From Octopus sinensis (lineage: Eukaryota), in NCBI RefSeq assembly GCF_006345805.1, contig NC_043011.1, positions 14,768,464 to 14,832,463 on the forward strand: a stretch of 64,000 nucleotides of DNA. The letters run 5' to 3'. Made by a program: the position numbers and the translations under genes. The notes beneath the pieces are model-generated. The model was not told where the DNA came from and searched no databases. It saw only the letters and a list, made by a program, of their open reading frames with translations. This document shows, one piece after another, positions 40,896 to 53,539 of the stretch (within the stretch, counting starts at the first letter, position 1; each line of letters begins with the position of its first letter).

Positions 40896-41686
40896 AAGAG
40901 TCTTGTTGCAAGCGAAACATAGTTACAGTTACCATTAAGGATGCTTATGAATATTCATGAGGTAAGTGTTATCAGATAAGATGTTCTTTATGACTAGTTG
41001 GAGGAAGGGAGGAAGGTATCCTCAGACTAGAGACCTGGCATGAATGACTGTAACACTGTACTGAATTATAGGTACCCAAAAGCTTGGTTACTATCAGGGT
41101 TCTTAGGTGACAGATTAAATCTACCAGCCTGCAAGAAGTTTGTTGCTTGACTCCAAGTGAGCCCTGATTAAGCAAGTGTATTATCAAATTATCAAAAGCA
41201 TTCCAGCTGTCATAATTTTTATATATTTCGGATTACAATCATTGTTCGATTTCATATTTTATATTTAAGATGGTGAGATGTAATTCACAAGAAATTTGGC
41301 CATGTAGAGATTTGCTCAATCACACCTTACTCTGAAAAGTTGTACGTCTCACACAATGTCTGTTTCCCTGACTAAAATTCTCCTTTTTATTTATTTTATT
41401 ACATTTGATCTGAATCAGACCTGGGCAGAGTCCTCATCAGCATTGCCACCATCATCATTTAACATCCTCCTTCCCTGCTCGCATGGGTTGGAATGTTTGA
41501 CAAAAGCTCACAAGTCAGAAGACAGGTTCAAGCTCTATCTGATTTGGTATGGTTTCTACAACAGGTTGCTCTTCCTAATGCCAACCACTTTACAGAGTGT
41601 ACTGGGTATCTTTTCCATGACACCAGCAGCAGTGAGGTCCCTAAGTAACTTGCAGGATAAGACACTTTAACTTTGTGGGAGTAGTA

Positions 41687-41915
41687 TTAACCCTTTCATT
41701 ACTGTATTTATTTTGAGATGCTCCGTGTTTCTTTCAATTAATTTTAAATATAACAAAGAATTTAGTAAAATAACTTAGTTATCATTTAGCTAGTGTTAGG
41801 AACATAAATTGTGACTAAGGTTTGGTGGAAGATTTTAATTCAAAACTTATGAAAACAAGACATTTGTACTCAGAGCTAGAGCCGGTTTCTGCTGGGTTGG
41901 TAACGAAAGGGTTAA
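41687..41915. mobile_element. piggyBac-type MITE (221 bp) with TTAA target-site duplications
   Basis: TTAA-CCCTTTCATTAC ... GTAACGAAAGGG-TTAA; inserted in an older SINE-like repeat (about 41445-41950). Confidence 0.88.
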
Positions 41916-42480
41916 GGGAGTTGGTTTTGTGCCAGGTGATGAAAGGTTAGAATATAATTAGAAGGACAGAAATAGGTGTCCTGCAGTAGAGAAGATACAT
42001 AGCTATCTCAGTTGGAGAGAGAAAGTGAGAAAGAGAAAGGGAGAGTGAGTGAGTGAGTGGAGAGAGATAGAGATAAAGAGAGAGAGAGAGAGAGAGTAGA
42101 GGGAGAGAGTGGAGAGAGAGAGAGTTGGGAGAAAGAGTGAGGAGGGAGAGAGAGAGGAGGGAGAGAGGGGAGAGAGAGATAGAAGAGATGCAAAATGGTG
42201 AAGATGACAAAAGAATTTGATTCAGTAACAGAAAAAAGTTATAAAGGTGTGTGATATTAAATATAGTATGTTTACAAGTTACATCGTACACCTGTTCAGA
42301 CAACATCAATTTGATGGAGGAAATGAACTAATGTACAGCACATAGATTTCATTTTTATGAACAAGTCAATTGTGCGGAATTGTTCAGCATGAAATTACAG
42401 AACTGTCTACAAGAAACTACCATCATTTACTAGTATGAATGACATATCTTTTAACTCTTTTCTGACTAAGAGCTTTTGTT

Positions 42481-42816
42481 ATTATACTACCTCTGGTATT
42501 TGAGTACTCTTTCTTCCACCTTGTTTCACATTTATGTGCTTACTCCAGTATATATATATATATATTTCTCTCTTTTATTATCTTACCGTTTTTACCAATA
42601 TATATATATATATATTTTATTTAAAGCAGCAGAAAATTCAACAAAACCTGTTACTCTGAGTTTCTAGCAAAAACTGTCCGATGAACAGCAACGTGAAACT
42701 CAGAGTAACAGGTTTTGTTGAATTTTCTGCTGCTTTAAATAAAGTATATTACTCTACCACTGGTATTTGAGTACTCTTTTTTCCACCTTGTTTCACATTT
42801 ATGTGTTTACTCCAGT
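42481..42816 (+). mobile_element. Family H4 element: hammerhead motif (42670-42716) preceded by a 49-bp inverted arm, with a duplicated tail
   Basis: AAAACTGT-CCGATGA-ACagcaacGT-GAAA-CTCaGAG-TA-ACAGGTTTT; 42616-42664 is the reverse complement of 42695-42743; tail 42481-42549 is a direct repeat of 42748-42816. Confidence 0.75.
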
Positions 42817-43247
42817 GTGTATATATATATATATATATATGTATGTATATGAGGGATGTGTAAAATGAATATACATATACATACATATAAACACACACAT
42901 AAAGTTATAGGATGCTGGCAGTAAATTAACTCCTCTTCCATTTGTTTCAGCGGTTTATCAATTTGTTGCAATAATATATTAGTTACCATTAACAACACGT
43001 TTCAAATAAGTAAAATCCAAGTCAGGAGAGAAATAATTAACCACACAAGGAAAGTGTGTTGTAAAGAAAATGTACTTTCAGTTTGCATGGAGAATGTTTA
43101 TGATGATTCATGAAGTTAGTGTTAGCAAATAAAATATCCTATTTGATTGTTTGTTGAGATTGCAAGAAAAACAATCTCCAATAACAAAATTAAAAAAAGA
43201 GTAATAAAAAACATCAAAAGAATCAACTGACTGAGATATAAATTACA

Positions 43248-43645
43248 TAGGCGCAGGAGTGGCTGCATGGTAAGTAGCTTTCTTACCAACCACATAGTTC
43301 CAGGTTCAGTCCCACTGTGTGGCACCATGGGCAAGTGTCTTCTACTATAACCTCGGGCCGACCAAAGCCTTGTGAGTGGATTTGGTAGATGGAAATTGAA
43401 AAAACCCATCGTATATATGTATATATGTCTGTGTGTGTGTTTGTTTGTGTTTGTCACTCTAACATCGCTTGACAACTGATGCTGGTGTGTTTACGTTCCC
43501 GTAATGTAGCGGTTCAGCAAAAGAGACCGATAGAATAGGTATTAGGCTTACAAAGAATAAGTCCTGGGGTTGATTTGCTCGTCTAAAGGCGGTGCTCCAG
43601 CATGGCCGCAGTCAAATGAATGAAACAAGTAAAAGAGTAAAAGAG
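43248..43645 (+). mobile_element. SINE family C (CORE-type)
   Basis: Homologous to 5529-5950. Confidence 0.9.
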
Positions 43646-45353
43646 TATGTTAGTGCTGATGTTTAATGACTTAAAGGAAGAAAAGCAATACTTATGACAT
43701 TTTTGAGGCCTTCATGAATTATGAGAGTAAGGGATGATCTCACCCCCAGTCTAGAGACCTTGCTTGAATGACTACAACAGAGTAGTATGTGTTAAAGACA
43801 CCTAAGAACAAGGTTTTGGTGGTATTATGTCATCAAAAGATTAAATCTACCACCATCACTACCAGCAAAACCAACACATTCAACACCATTACCATTGTCA
43901 ATCTTCCAACTTTTGAATAACTCACTAACAACAACTTTAGAATCAGCATGATGCAATGCCTGTCACTACATATGTTGTATGCTAATACAGTTATGTGTGT
44001 GTCTGTGTGCCTGTGTATGTTTGGATAGAGTGGGGCATTTTAATGATTCAAGACAATGTTGCAAGGTAAAGTATCCATGAATATGGAAATCCTTCAACTA
44101 ACTGTAATCATATAACACTTCCTACTACCTCTCCTTTTCACCTCATTTCTATTCTTATATCCACAGAAAGGAGACAACAATTTTTTGCTCTCACAAAGCA
44201 GTTCTTTCCTGGTGCTATTTTTCTTTACTATATATTTGTTGCTGATAATTGTCAATTATCTTGCTGCTGGATTTACCTACATTCAAAATGGCTACAACGA
44301 AGCCATCAGGTGGAATTGAAGGTAAGGGTGTCTAAAGTAACAGTAAAAGATGTTTCACAAAGGCTTGATGCAAGAGAAAAGAAAATCAGCCACATTTTCA
44401 AAACATTAAAACTTGTAACATCTGCCGTGGAAAATATGTGACAGTAGAGAGAAAATTGTGTCCTTAAGCAAGACACTATATTACACACACTCACACACAT
44501 GCTCACACATTCACAGGCATACATATACACACATACCCTGCCACCTACATATATATTTAACTGTGGCATGGTTTTAAATACATTTTGGCTAGTATCCTAT
44601 AGCAGCATCTTTCAATTTTGGGCTATCAAATCTTTTCAGGCCCCATTAAAGTGCTGATCCTGCTGCATCGACCAGCTCATATTTCAAACTAAGTTGCTGT
44701 ATCTTAATGTGATTATGGTTACTACTTGCCCTGTAAACGTTAATTCTAAAGTGAAAGGAAATAAGTACATTCACTGGCTTCATTTTATAATGTAATTCTT
44801 AATATTAAATAGTGCACAATTTCTTGTAAGCAGTGTTATATTTTCGTTATACTTCTTGAATCCTGTCAGTAAAAATGAACTGTACTTGTAATTCAAAGAA
44901 CAATGTTAAGGGTATATTGTTAATTTCATGAGCAGGCTGTTCTGTTGATTGGATCAACTGCAACATTTGTCATCATAACTGAATGCCAGTATGGAAGTGC
45001 CAGAGAGAATATAAAGTCAAATTCTCAAGAAGTTACTCAGTTGACTGTTCAGACCTTATTTTTTATTATAGATCTAATGTGATACTTAGAATGGCATGGC
45101 TCTAGAGTGTATTGATTGACGATCAGATTTTGATATAATATACCAATTAGCACAACGGTATCTATAAAGTGTCAAATTTTGTATGACTATTCACTGTAAA
45201 ATGAAGCTGGAACTTGTAATGGAATACCCACCCTGGATCTTTTTGGTTTGAACGGCAGTTTTTTCTTGCAGTGTCATATGAAATTGTCGCCCATAATTAT
45301 GACCCTAGAATCGATCTATTGCATTTCAATCTCTTTCTGGTGTGAGGGTTAAT

Positions 45354-46060
45354 TTCAAGATATATTGTCTGACAAGAACTTAAATAACTCAAGAAAGAAA
45401 TTAACAAGGAGGATAAACTCAGAGTAAAAGATGCCAGGAAGAAGTTCAATATAATGGATGCTATGGATAATATGGCAGATTCAGGGAATGAAGTGAAATC
45501 CTCAAATCTGAATGGAGAATGGAAAAAATATATGGCTAAACTATATTTGTGAATTTACAGGTTTTCTACAAGTAGTAAATCTAAATCAAATTCATGGCAT
45601 TAGGAAGGGCATCCAGCTGTAGAAACACTGCCGGATCAGATTGGAGCCTGGTGCAGCCTCCTGGCTTCACAGACCCCGGTCGAACCATCCAACTAGCATG
45701 GAAAATGGACGTTAAATGATGATGATGATGAAATTTATTGAGGTATTTGTAAAAGATACAGAATTTGAATAAGTCATAGAAGATGGTGTAGTTGAGTTGT
45801 AAGCATCCTATACTGAAAGTACACCAAACAAGGAATTGATGCTGTTAGAACAAGCACTGGCTGAGAATACGGATGAGAATAAGGAATCTCCTTCAACTCC
45901 ACTTAATTTGACTGCAAAGAACATTGCTAAAAGTACGACACTTATGAAATAAGGTTTTGCAACGTTTTGTTGATTACAACCGTAATTATGAATGATTACA
46001 AGAGGACTTTACAATTAGCTTAATTCCTACACCGAGTTGTACAGAAATGATGTGCCATAA
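45354..46060 (+). mobile_element. Tigger/pogo (TIGD1-like) transposase C-terminal remnant, interrupted by a SINE tail at 45595-45730
   Basis: FKIYCLTRT, VKDARKKFNIMDAMDNMADSGNEVKSSNLNGEWKK and VIEDGVVEL.ASYTESTPNKELMLLEQ resemble Tigger1 FKxYYLR / FWKxFxIxDAI..W.EV..LxGVWKK / DVxELLxSH..LTDEELL. Confidence 0.75.
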
Positions 46061-46579
46061 ACATCAAACAATTTTGCATAAGCTCCTTGCCTCTCAAGTA
46101 GAAGCAGATAATGATGAAGTAGGAGTTAGAAGATAGAATCCTTCATCCTGCCAGTAACTCTCAGTCCATCACCACCACCACCATCCCTCACATAGTAGTC
46201 AACATCTCTTGTGGTAAGGACATTCCCTATTACAATATTATGATTGCTAGTTTATTCTCTAAGGTATTTCTCTTCAAATCTTTTTATGCGTAAATATTGT
46301 ACATTTTATGTTTTGAAATTATTTTCATGTGTAAAAGTGGTTCAGCTACTTGATTTTTGTTATTCAAGTTGTTTGCCTTTTTCTTTTCTGTTGTTGTTTT
46401 TCTTTCGAAAAATCCATCAAAATGCATTATCACTTTGTAACATAAAAATCAATAGGAAAATTAATTTTGCATTATGACAAAAATTTTCCAGGAATGCATT
46501 ACTCCTGTAAAGCAAGTGATTCTTGCTCGTATATATATGCATACCTACCTACATACAGACACACACACACACACGCACA

Positions 46580-46613
<34 letters not shown>

Positions 46614-46826
46614 CATACATACAAACACAAACATATACATATGTGTATATATGTGTGTGTAAATATATATATATATATATGTATATCTTATATATGTGTG
46701 TATGCCTGTATATATGTATTTATATTTATATATGCATGTGTACATACATACATACATACATACATACATACATACATGCATACATACATGCATACATACA
46801 TACATACATACATACATACATACATG

Positions 46827-46868
<42 letters not shown>

Positions 46869-46924
46869 ATATATATAAATTGATCAAAATAAAAATAAAA
46901 ATAAAACATGAGGCGAAGGATTCA

Positions 46925-47002
46925 GCGGTACATATGTTTCGGGCCTTTATTAGACAGATTCATAACAAATCATAATGTATGTCTGTGGCCTTCTTCAGCC
47001 GC
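46925..47002 (-). ncRNA. Type I hammerhead ribozyme motif (H5, minus copy, sense to the host pre-mRNA)
   Basis: Exact reverse complement of 47082-47159. Confidence 0.75.
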
Positions 47003-47081
47003 GCACAACAGCTTCCACAAGGACATGTGTTACTTCCGAAGAATTTCGGAAGTACACATGTCCTTGTGGAAGCTGTTGTGC

Positions 47082-47159
47082 GCGGCTGAAGAAGGCCACA
47101 GACATACATTATGATTTGTTATGAATCTGTCTAATAAAGGCCCGAAACATATGTACCGC
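47082..47159 (+). ncRNA. Type I hammerhead ribozyme motif (H5, plus copy)
   Basis: GCGG-CTGAAGA-aGGCC..long stem-loop..GGCCc-GAAA-CATATG-TA-CCGC; palindromic stem III ACATATGT; GUA site after 47155. Confidence 0.78.
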
Positions 47160-47312
47160 TGAATCCTTCGCCTCATGTTTTTATTTTTATTTTTATTTTT
47201 ATTTTGATCAATTTACTCCACCACCTACACCACCAAACGGTATACACAGGTGCTTATAATTATCAAGTACTCACCCCGAATTTCTACACTCAACTATATA
47301 TATATATATAAT

Positions 47313-47370
<58 letters not shown>

Positions 47371-47990
47371 AACAATACTGTGAACATGACAAGTACTCTT
47401 GATGATAAAATCTCTCTCAATCAAGAAACCCAGCAGTGCATTTGGAAAATTGAATAAGCATTTATGGCCTCAGTATAGAATTTCAATTAAGACAAAATAA
47501 AAGGCCTGCAATATTTGTATTTTTTCTATATTGCTAGAAATGTGTGAAACCTGGATTACTTACGATGGTTATAGAGTAAAGCTGGAGCAATTTCACCAAC
47601 TGTCTCTACTGCATACTTAACTGATGGCAAACATATGAAAGCCCTCAAATGAAGTCTACCAGTGCAGAGTCCATGGCACTTCAGTGCTCATTATGCAGGA
47701 GTGGTTATGTGGTCAAGGGGAAAATGATTAGTACCGTAAGCAAGTTTTTATGGTGTGTTAATGTTATGGTGGGTAATAAGCTAGAGTGCAAGCCAAAATT
47801 AAGGTATAACAATTGCCATCAACAGTATACTGGAGAAGGTCAAAGTCTTAGAAAATGGATGGAAAAATCCCACTTTGGATTGCTCAGCAGAGAGGAAAGC
47901 ATTGCATGATGGAAATAGGGAATTTGAATTAAATAGCATCAAGCAACAACAGCTCAAGAGAGGTGTTTTTAAGGGTTTTGATGTGAATTT

Positions 47991-48122
47991 CATCATCATC
48001 ATCATTTAGCGTCTGCTTTCCATGCTAGCATGGGTTGGACGATTCAACTGGGGTCTGGGAAGCCTGAAGACTGCACCAGGCCCAGTCTGATCTGGCAATG
48101 TTTCTACGGCTGGATGCCCTTC
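47991..48122 (-). mobile_element. SINE/LINE 3' tail family ending in (TGA)n; also 57722-58100, 45595-45730, 16565-16690, 41445-41660
   Basis: Shared catcatcatttagcgtctgctttccatgctagcatgggttgga..ggctggatgcccttc sequence. Confidence 0.75.
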
Positions 48123-48569
48123 ATATTGGTATAAAGCCCAGTTCAACATGTAATGAGTATGGGCAAGCCTGTCTAAGTATGTCAGGCTTTAGAATTCATC
48201 CGAAAAGCCACATACACACACACACACACACACACAAAGATTGTTATTAACAATGCCTTCATTATATGGCCTCCCTATTTGCAGGAAGTGTGCAAAAAAT
48301 GTGCATCAGAAAGTAGACTGAAATGTTATATGACGTTTACATATGTAACATATATGAAAATACACTAAAACACTATTGCAGCAACTACTGCAAGAGGTGT
48401 GCATCACTGTCATGTTTGTATAAGATTGTAAGACTCTAGCAGGACTGAAAAGCCACCTCTGTGACGTTCATGTTTTAAGAGAACAATCAAATGATGATGC
48501 CATTACTTGAAATCAAGTTGCAGTCACCATACAAACTCACACACACTCACACATACACATGTACATACT

Positions 48570-48772
48570 ATCTCTCTCTTTACTCTTTTACTTGTTTCAG
48601 TCATTTGATTGGGGCCATGCTGGAGCATCGCCTTTAGTCGAAGAAATCGACCCCAGGACTTATTAATTGTATGCCTAGTACTTATTCTATCGGTCTCTTT
48701 TGCCAAACCGCTAAGTTACACCAGCATCGGTTGGCAAGCAATGGTGGTGGGGGAACAAACACACAAACACAA

Positions 48773-48835
<63 letters not shown>

Positions 48836-48990
48836 CGACGAGTTTCTTTCAGTTTCCGTCTACCAAATCCACTCACAAGGCTTTGGTCGGCTCGAGTCTC
48901 TAGTAGAAGACACTTGCCTAAGGTGCTACACAGTGGGACTGAACCTGGAACCATGTGGTTGGTAAGCTAGCTTCTTATCTCATAGCCACT
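48570..48990 (-). mobile_element. SINE family C (CORE-type)
   Basis: Reverse complement of the 5529-5950 family. Confidence 0.88.
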
Positions 48991-49335
48991 TCTGATAGGT
49001 TTCTGCACAGTTTCTGTCTACCAAATCTTTAATTTAGAATGGAGTAGTTTTGGTGAAGCTTTGTGTGATAATCCATTAAAAAGACTTGTTGGGTGCGGCT
49101 GGAACAATGCAAGAATGCAAGAATGCAAGATACAAAGTAGATTACAAAAGAGATTTTCTTTCCTTTTTGTAGTTTACTTTGTCCTCTTGCATTGTTTCAA
49201 ACTCATCCAGCAACCCTCTTTAATATTATATAAAACACTTGTGATCACTACCGCATTATGAGTGGGAGAAATACCCAGAATCCCATGGTAGCAATAAAAT
49301 CAATTAAGAAAGAATTAGAAGAAAAGGGTACTTAC

Positions 49336-49581
49336 TTAAAATTTCCAGTTCTGAAGTATAAACTGTAGGTTTTATAGCAATAGTGGTGTTCACTTTGTAG
49401 GTTTCATTGAATTCTCCTTCAACTCTTTCATTGAAGGTCAGCTTTTCATTGTTATGTTTCCAAACCAAAGCATTTTTTAGGAGGTTTGACATGGATTCAA
49501 TGTGTAAGTCACAGACTAATTTGAAAGACTGTCCTTCTTTCACTGTCATCGGATGAGACCTTATTAATAGTTTTTCATCAG
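49336..49581 (-). CDS. Ig-superfamily gene exon, first part of Ig1: DEKLLIRSHPMTVKEGQSFKLVCDL..LVWKHNNEKLT..YTSELEIL
   Basis: Long polypyrimidine tract plus ccag acceptor, A|gtaagt donor, 246 nt, phase 1 to 1; VxEGxxxxLxC, W and LxI Ig strand motifs. Confidence 0.93.
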
Positions 49582-49844
49582 CTGGAAAAAAAGAAAAAAA
49601 AAACAAAAAAGAGAAGTTTTAATAAAAAAAAGCAAGATTTAGTTTTTGTTATAAAAAAAACCTATACAGAAAAAGTTTCAAGCATTTTGTCTAATTAGGT
49701 TCTTGCAGGAGGAAAATCTTCTGGGCAAATACAACCAGAGACTTACAACTGACCATTATTAATTTCTACAGTTCTCATAAATATTACATCAAAATCTAAA
49801 AAAAAAAAATGAAACATGGAATTAAGGGAAAAAGAAATTTTTTA

Positions 49845-50075
49845 TGTTGTGTCTGGGGAGAGTCATTTTCTTTTTGTGCCTTATAATGTAACACATGCAC
49901 CGGTAAAATTTCCACTTATTTCTTATTTTTATTTTCCTAAAATTTTCTATCGAAAAGGTTGCAAGACACAACGAAAATTTTAGGAAAATAAAAATAAGAA
50001 ATAAGTGGAAAGTTTACCGGTGAGTGTGTTAAATAATAAGGCACAAAAAGAAAATGACTCTCCCCAGACACAACA
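49845..50075 (+). mobile_element. Fold-back element, family H6: about 103-bp inverted arms around a degenerate hammerhead-like centre
   Basis: 49845-49947 is the inverted repeat of 49973-50075; centre TTTCT-atcgaaaag-GTTGcaagacaCAAC-GAAA-ATTT-T-AGGAAA. Confidence 0.7.
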
Positions 50076-51019
50076 GAATATGCTTCAACACACGAACTCA
50101 TATAAAGAATCTTGCAAACCAAATCCCAAAATGAAATTTTTTATGATTCTGTATGACTTTTTGAATGCACCAACAGAAACAAATGAATTTACAATTGATA
50201 AATGATGCAAAAATATTGTTACGATCATCCCAAAATTCCTTCTTTTGAAGAGGTAAAATAGTTACAATAATAGATTACAGTTTAATGAGGAACAGAATAA
50301 ATATTGAAGGCAGAATATTAGTGTAGATTGATCTTTTCAAAGTCCTTCATTTTGGGTTGCAGAGAATGAAGTAAATTAGAGAGTAACTCAGAGGAGGTAA
50401 TTCAAGTCTTAACACCAGTAGATTTCCCCCTCAAAAATTTAATTGCTTTCTCCTGTTAGGTGAATGTTTTGATGAGCTAAAAAGATCTTCTTCATTGTGT
50501 GAACAGTAGCTGAATAATTTTACTCTTTTGGAAATTTATAAGTTTCATATTTTATATGAACAAGTCAGATATTTAATCATTTTGTCTTTTATTACTTTTC
50601 AAATCAGTTTCAAATATTTTCATTTTATATTTAGAATAACTACTGAATTTAAACTTAATTTTGTTTTAGTAAGTTCGCTCTTCTGACCAATTCATTAAAG
50701 AGACTAAATAAATTAACAAAAAACTTAATATGAACATTTATCTAAGTCTTTATGATACATATTATCTTCTTGCATCTTGTGAAAACAATATCTTACCAAA
50801 TCTATTTCATAAATTAATTATATAACTTATACGAAGCAAACCAAAGTGATAAGTATAAATATTAATTAATTTTCCTTCAATATTTCTCACATTTCTCTTT
50901 TCCAAGATTGATATAAGACATATAGAGAAGCTCTGGTTTGTAGAAAATATTGCAAACAAAGGCGTCTTTATGCAGACATTCAAACTGTTAGAAATAGCAA
51001 TTAAACCTCACTCAAATCT

Positions 51020-51290
51020 TGGCCTAGTAGTTAGAGCAACGGACTCACGGTCGAGGGATCATGGGTTCGAATCTCAGACCTGGCAATGTGTGTGTTTATG
51101 CGGCTCCGGCAGAAGGTAATGGCGAACTTCTTACGACTTTCTTGCCACAACTTTCTATCACATTTACTCCTGCATCTTGCAGCTCACCTGCGACGGACCG
51201 GCGTCCCATCCAGGTGGGGAACCTATATGCCAAGGAAACTGGGAAACTGGCCCTTATGAGCCAGGCATGGCTCGAGAAGGAAGGAACAAA
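51020..51290 (+). mobile_element. tRNA-headed SINE, family A variant
   Basis: tggcctagtagttagagcaacggactcacggtcgagggatcatgggttcgaatctc head; distinct 3' tail. Confidence 0.75.
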
Positions 51291-51904
51291 CTCAAATCTT
51301 GAAAAAATGATGCATTAGTAATGTGGCTCTGTGTTCCTTGCACATGGTAAAAAAAAAAACAGGAGGGTCCCAGATGAAATACTTTTGATGATAGGTCCGC
51401 TTAGTGAGGGCTGAATTAGGGCTAAACAGCAGCATGAAATACAATTATCAGTTTTTTAATTTATTGTTGTATTTCAGTGGTTCTGTACATTACAATTATC
51501 AGTGATTTCAATCATGAAGAAATAATAATAATTAATTTATGTAACCGAACTTACAGACTTTTTATGTAGGAACCAGTAGGAATCGATACATTTTTATGCG
51601 ATTGAATTACTTGCCAACATAGTATGCTGGATGATACTTGAATCAAATATGTCTTTCTGACATTGATTGTAAACTTAGATCAATGATTGATTGATTCTGA
51701 CATTGATTGTAAACCTCAATAGTTTATTTCAATAGAAACAATGCACATGTATTGGGTTCAAACTCTGGCACAAGGCCAGCAATTTCAGGGGAGGGAATGG
51801 TAAATCAATTACATCAACCCCAGTGCTCAACTAGTACTTGTATTATTGACCTTGAAAAGATGAAAGGCAAAGTTGATCTTGGTAGTATTTAAACTCAGAA
51901 TGTA

Positions 51905-51917
51905 AATAATAATCATA

Positions 51918-51972
<55 letters not shown>

Positions 51973-52031
51973 TAATAATGATAATACTAATAGTAATAAT
52001 AATGATAATAATAGTAATAATAATAATAATG

Positions 52032-52093
<62 letters not shown>
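51905..52093. repeat. (AAT)n microsatellite forming the tail of a decayed SINE; also 23023-23080
   Basis: Seen directly; gives the poly-Leu and poly-Asn ORFs. Confidence 0.95.
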
Positions 52094-53410
52094 CCATATG
52101 ATAGCATAGTGGATGTCAAGGAAATTGAGAAAAATGAAATATATAAGGGTCTATCCTGAGAGATGAAGAGAATTTGGAATAATGATAATTAATGATAGCA
52201 CCTTTTATTTGATTAAGTATGTCAAGATATTAATCATCTTTGTTTTTTAGTTCAAGGATATAGATGGGGGTTTATGCTTCACTGTTGCCTTAACAGAGAA
52301 ATTTTCACATAGATTTATTATGCAGATTTTCCTTCTGAATTAACCAAACAGCATTGCAAACCAATGAAATATTTGTTAGCTCTAGAGCACCGGAGCCACT
52401 GCAGTAGCTGTTGCTTATGACAGTGAATTCCTAGCTGTAAGGAGTTGCACGTGTTTCGACCAAGGACGCAATAAGTTTCCTGTTTCCTGCCTGTCTGTTC
52501 TGTTACTGGAATATTTTAGTTGTCTTCTGGTATTCTATTGATTTTGGCTAGCTGCCAAAAATGTTATTCAACAACCATCGTCCAGTCCATTTGCATTGAT
52601 TTTAGAAAAGTTTAATAATGGTTTGAAATTCTGGCACAAGGCCAGCAATTTCGGAGAAGTGGGCAAGTTGGTTACCTTGACTCTAGTGTTCGAATGGCAT
52701 TTATTTTATTGCCCCTGGGAGGATGAAAGGCTAAGTCAACCATAGCAGAATTTGGACTCAGAATGCCACTAAGCATTTTGCCTGGCAAGTTAATGATTAT
52801 GCCAGTTAAATGCCTTTTAAAAATTTTTAATAATGACAACAGCAATCTGCTTTCTCAAATTCTTAAAAATCCTGTTGCAGTTCTTTTTCTGCAAAAACTC
52901 AGCAACATTAATTTTCAAGAATTGTCAGTTGACACTTTCTCAGCTTTTTCTTTGACAATGTAGTCTCACACTCAACTCGAAGAGTTTAGAAGCATATCAG
53001 ATTCTTGTGAGTTATATTAATTTATTTTCTCAAATGTTAGTTTAAAAAAATAATGGTAACTGCAAGTTATGAGATGAAATTATTAAACACACACAAAAAA
53101 AAACAGTGTTTCATGGTAACTGAACAAAAACTTTTACTGATAAATTAAATATTGATGCGTCTGAAATTTATTTTCCTCTTTTGTAACTATACTGCTACCC
53201 AAATCTTGTAATCAGTTTGAAAAATCAGTCACCAAACATCAATTTATCAAACTTATTGGATGCTTTTATATTATAGATACCAAAATTTGTTATGCATACA
53301 TGAACACACATACACAACAAAAAGTCTAGAAGGTCTTGTTTCAAAATTGAATCATAACCATCATCATGATTTTGTATTTTGTAATTAGTTATTTTTGTAT
53401 AAGGAAGTGA

Positions 53411-53539
<129 letters not shown>

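Larger units (their letters stand above)
46876..47296 (+). mobile_element. Young fold-back element, family H5: near-perfect 165-bp inverted arms, each with a type I hammerhead, plus a unique tail, inserted in (TA)n
   Basis: 46876-47040 is the inverted repeat of 47045-47215 (4-nt loop GAAT); tail 47216-47296 has a homologue at about 12420-12495. Confidence 0.9.
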
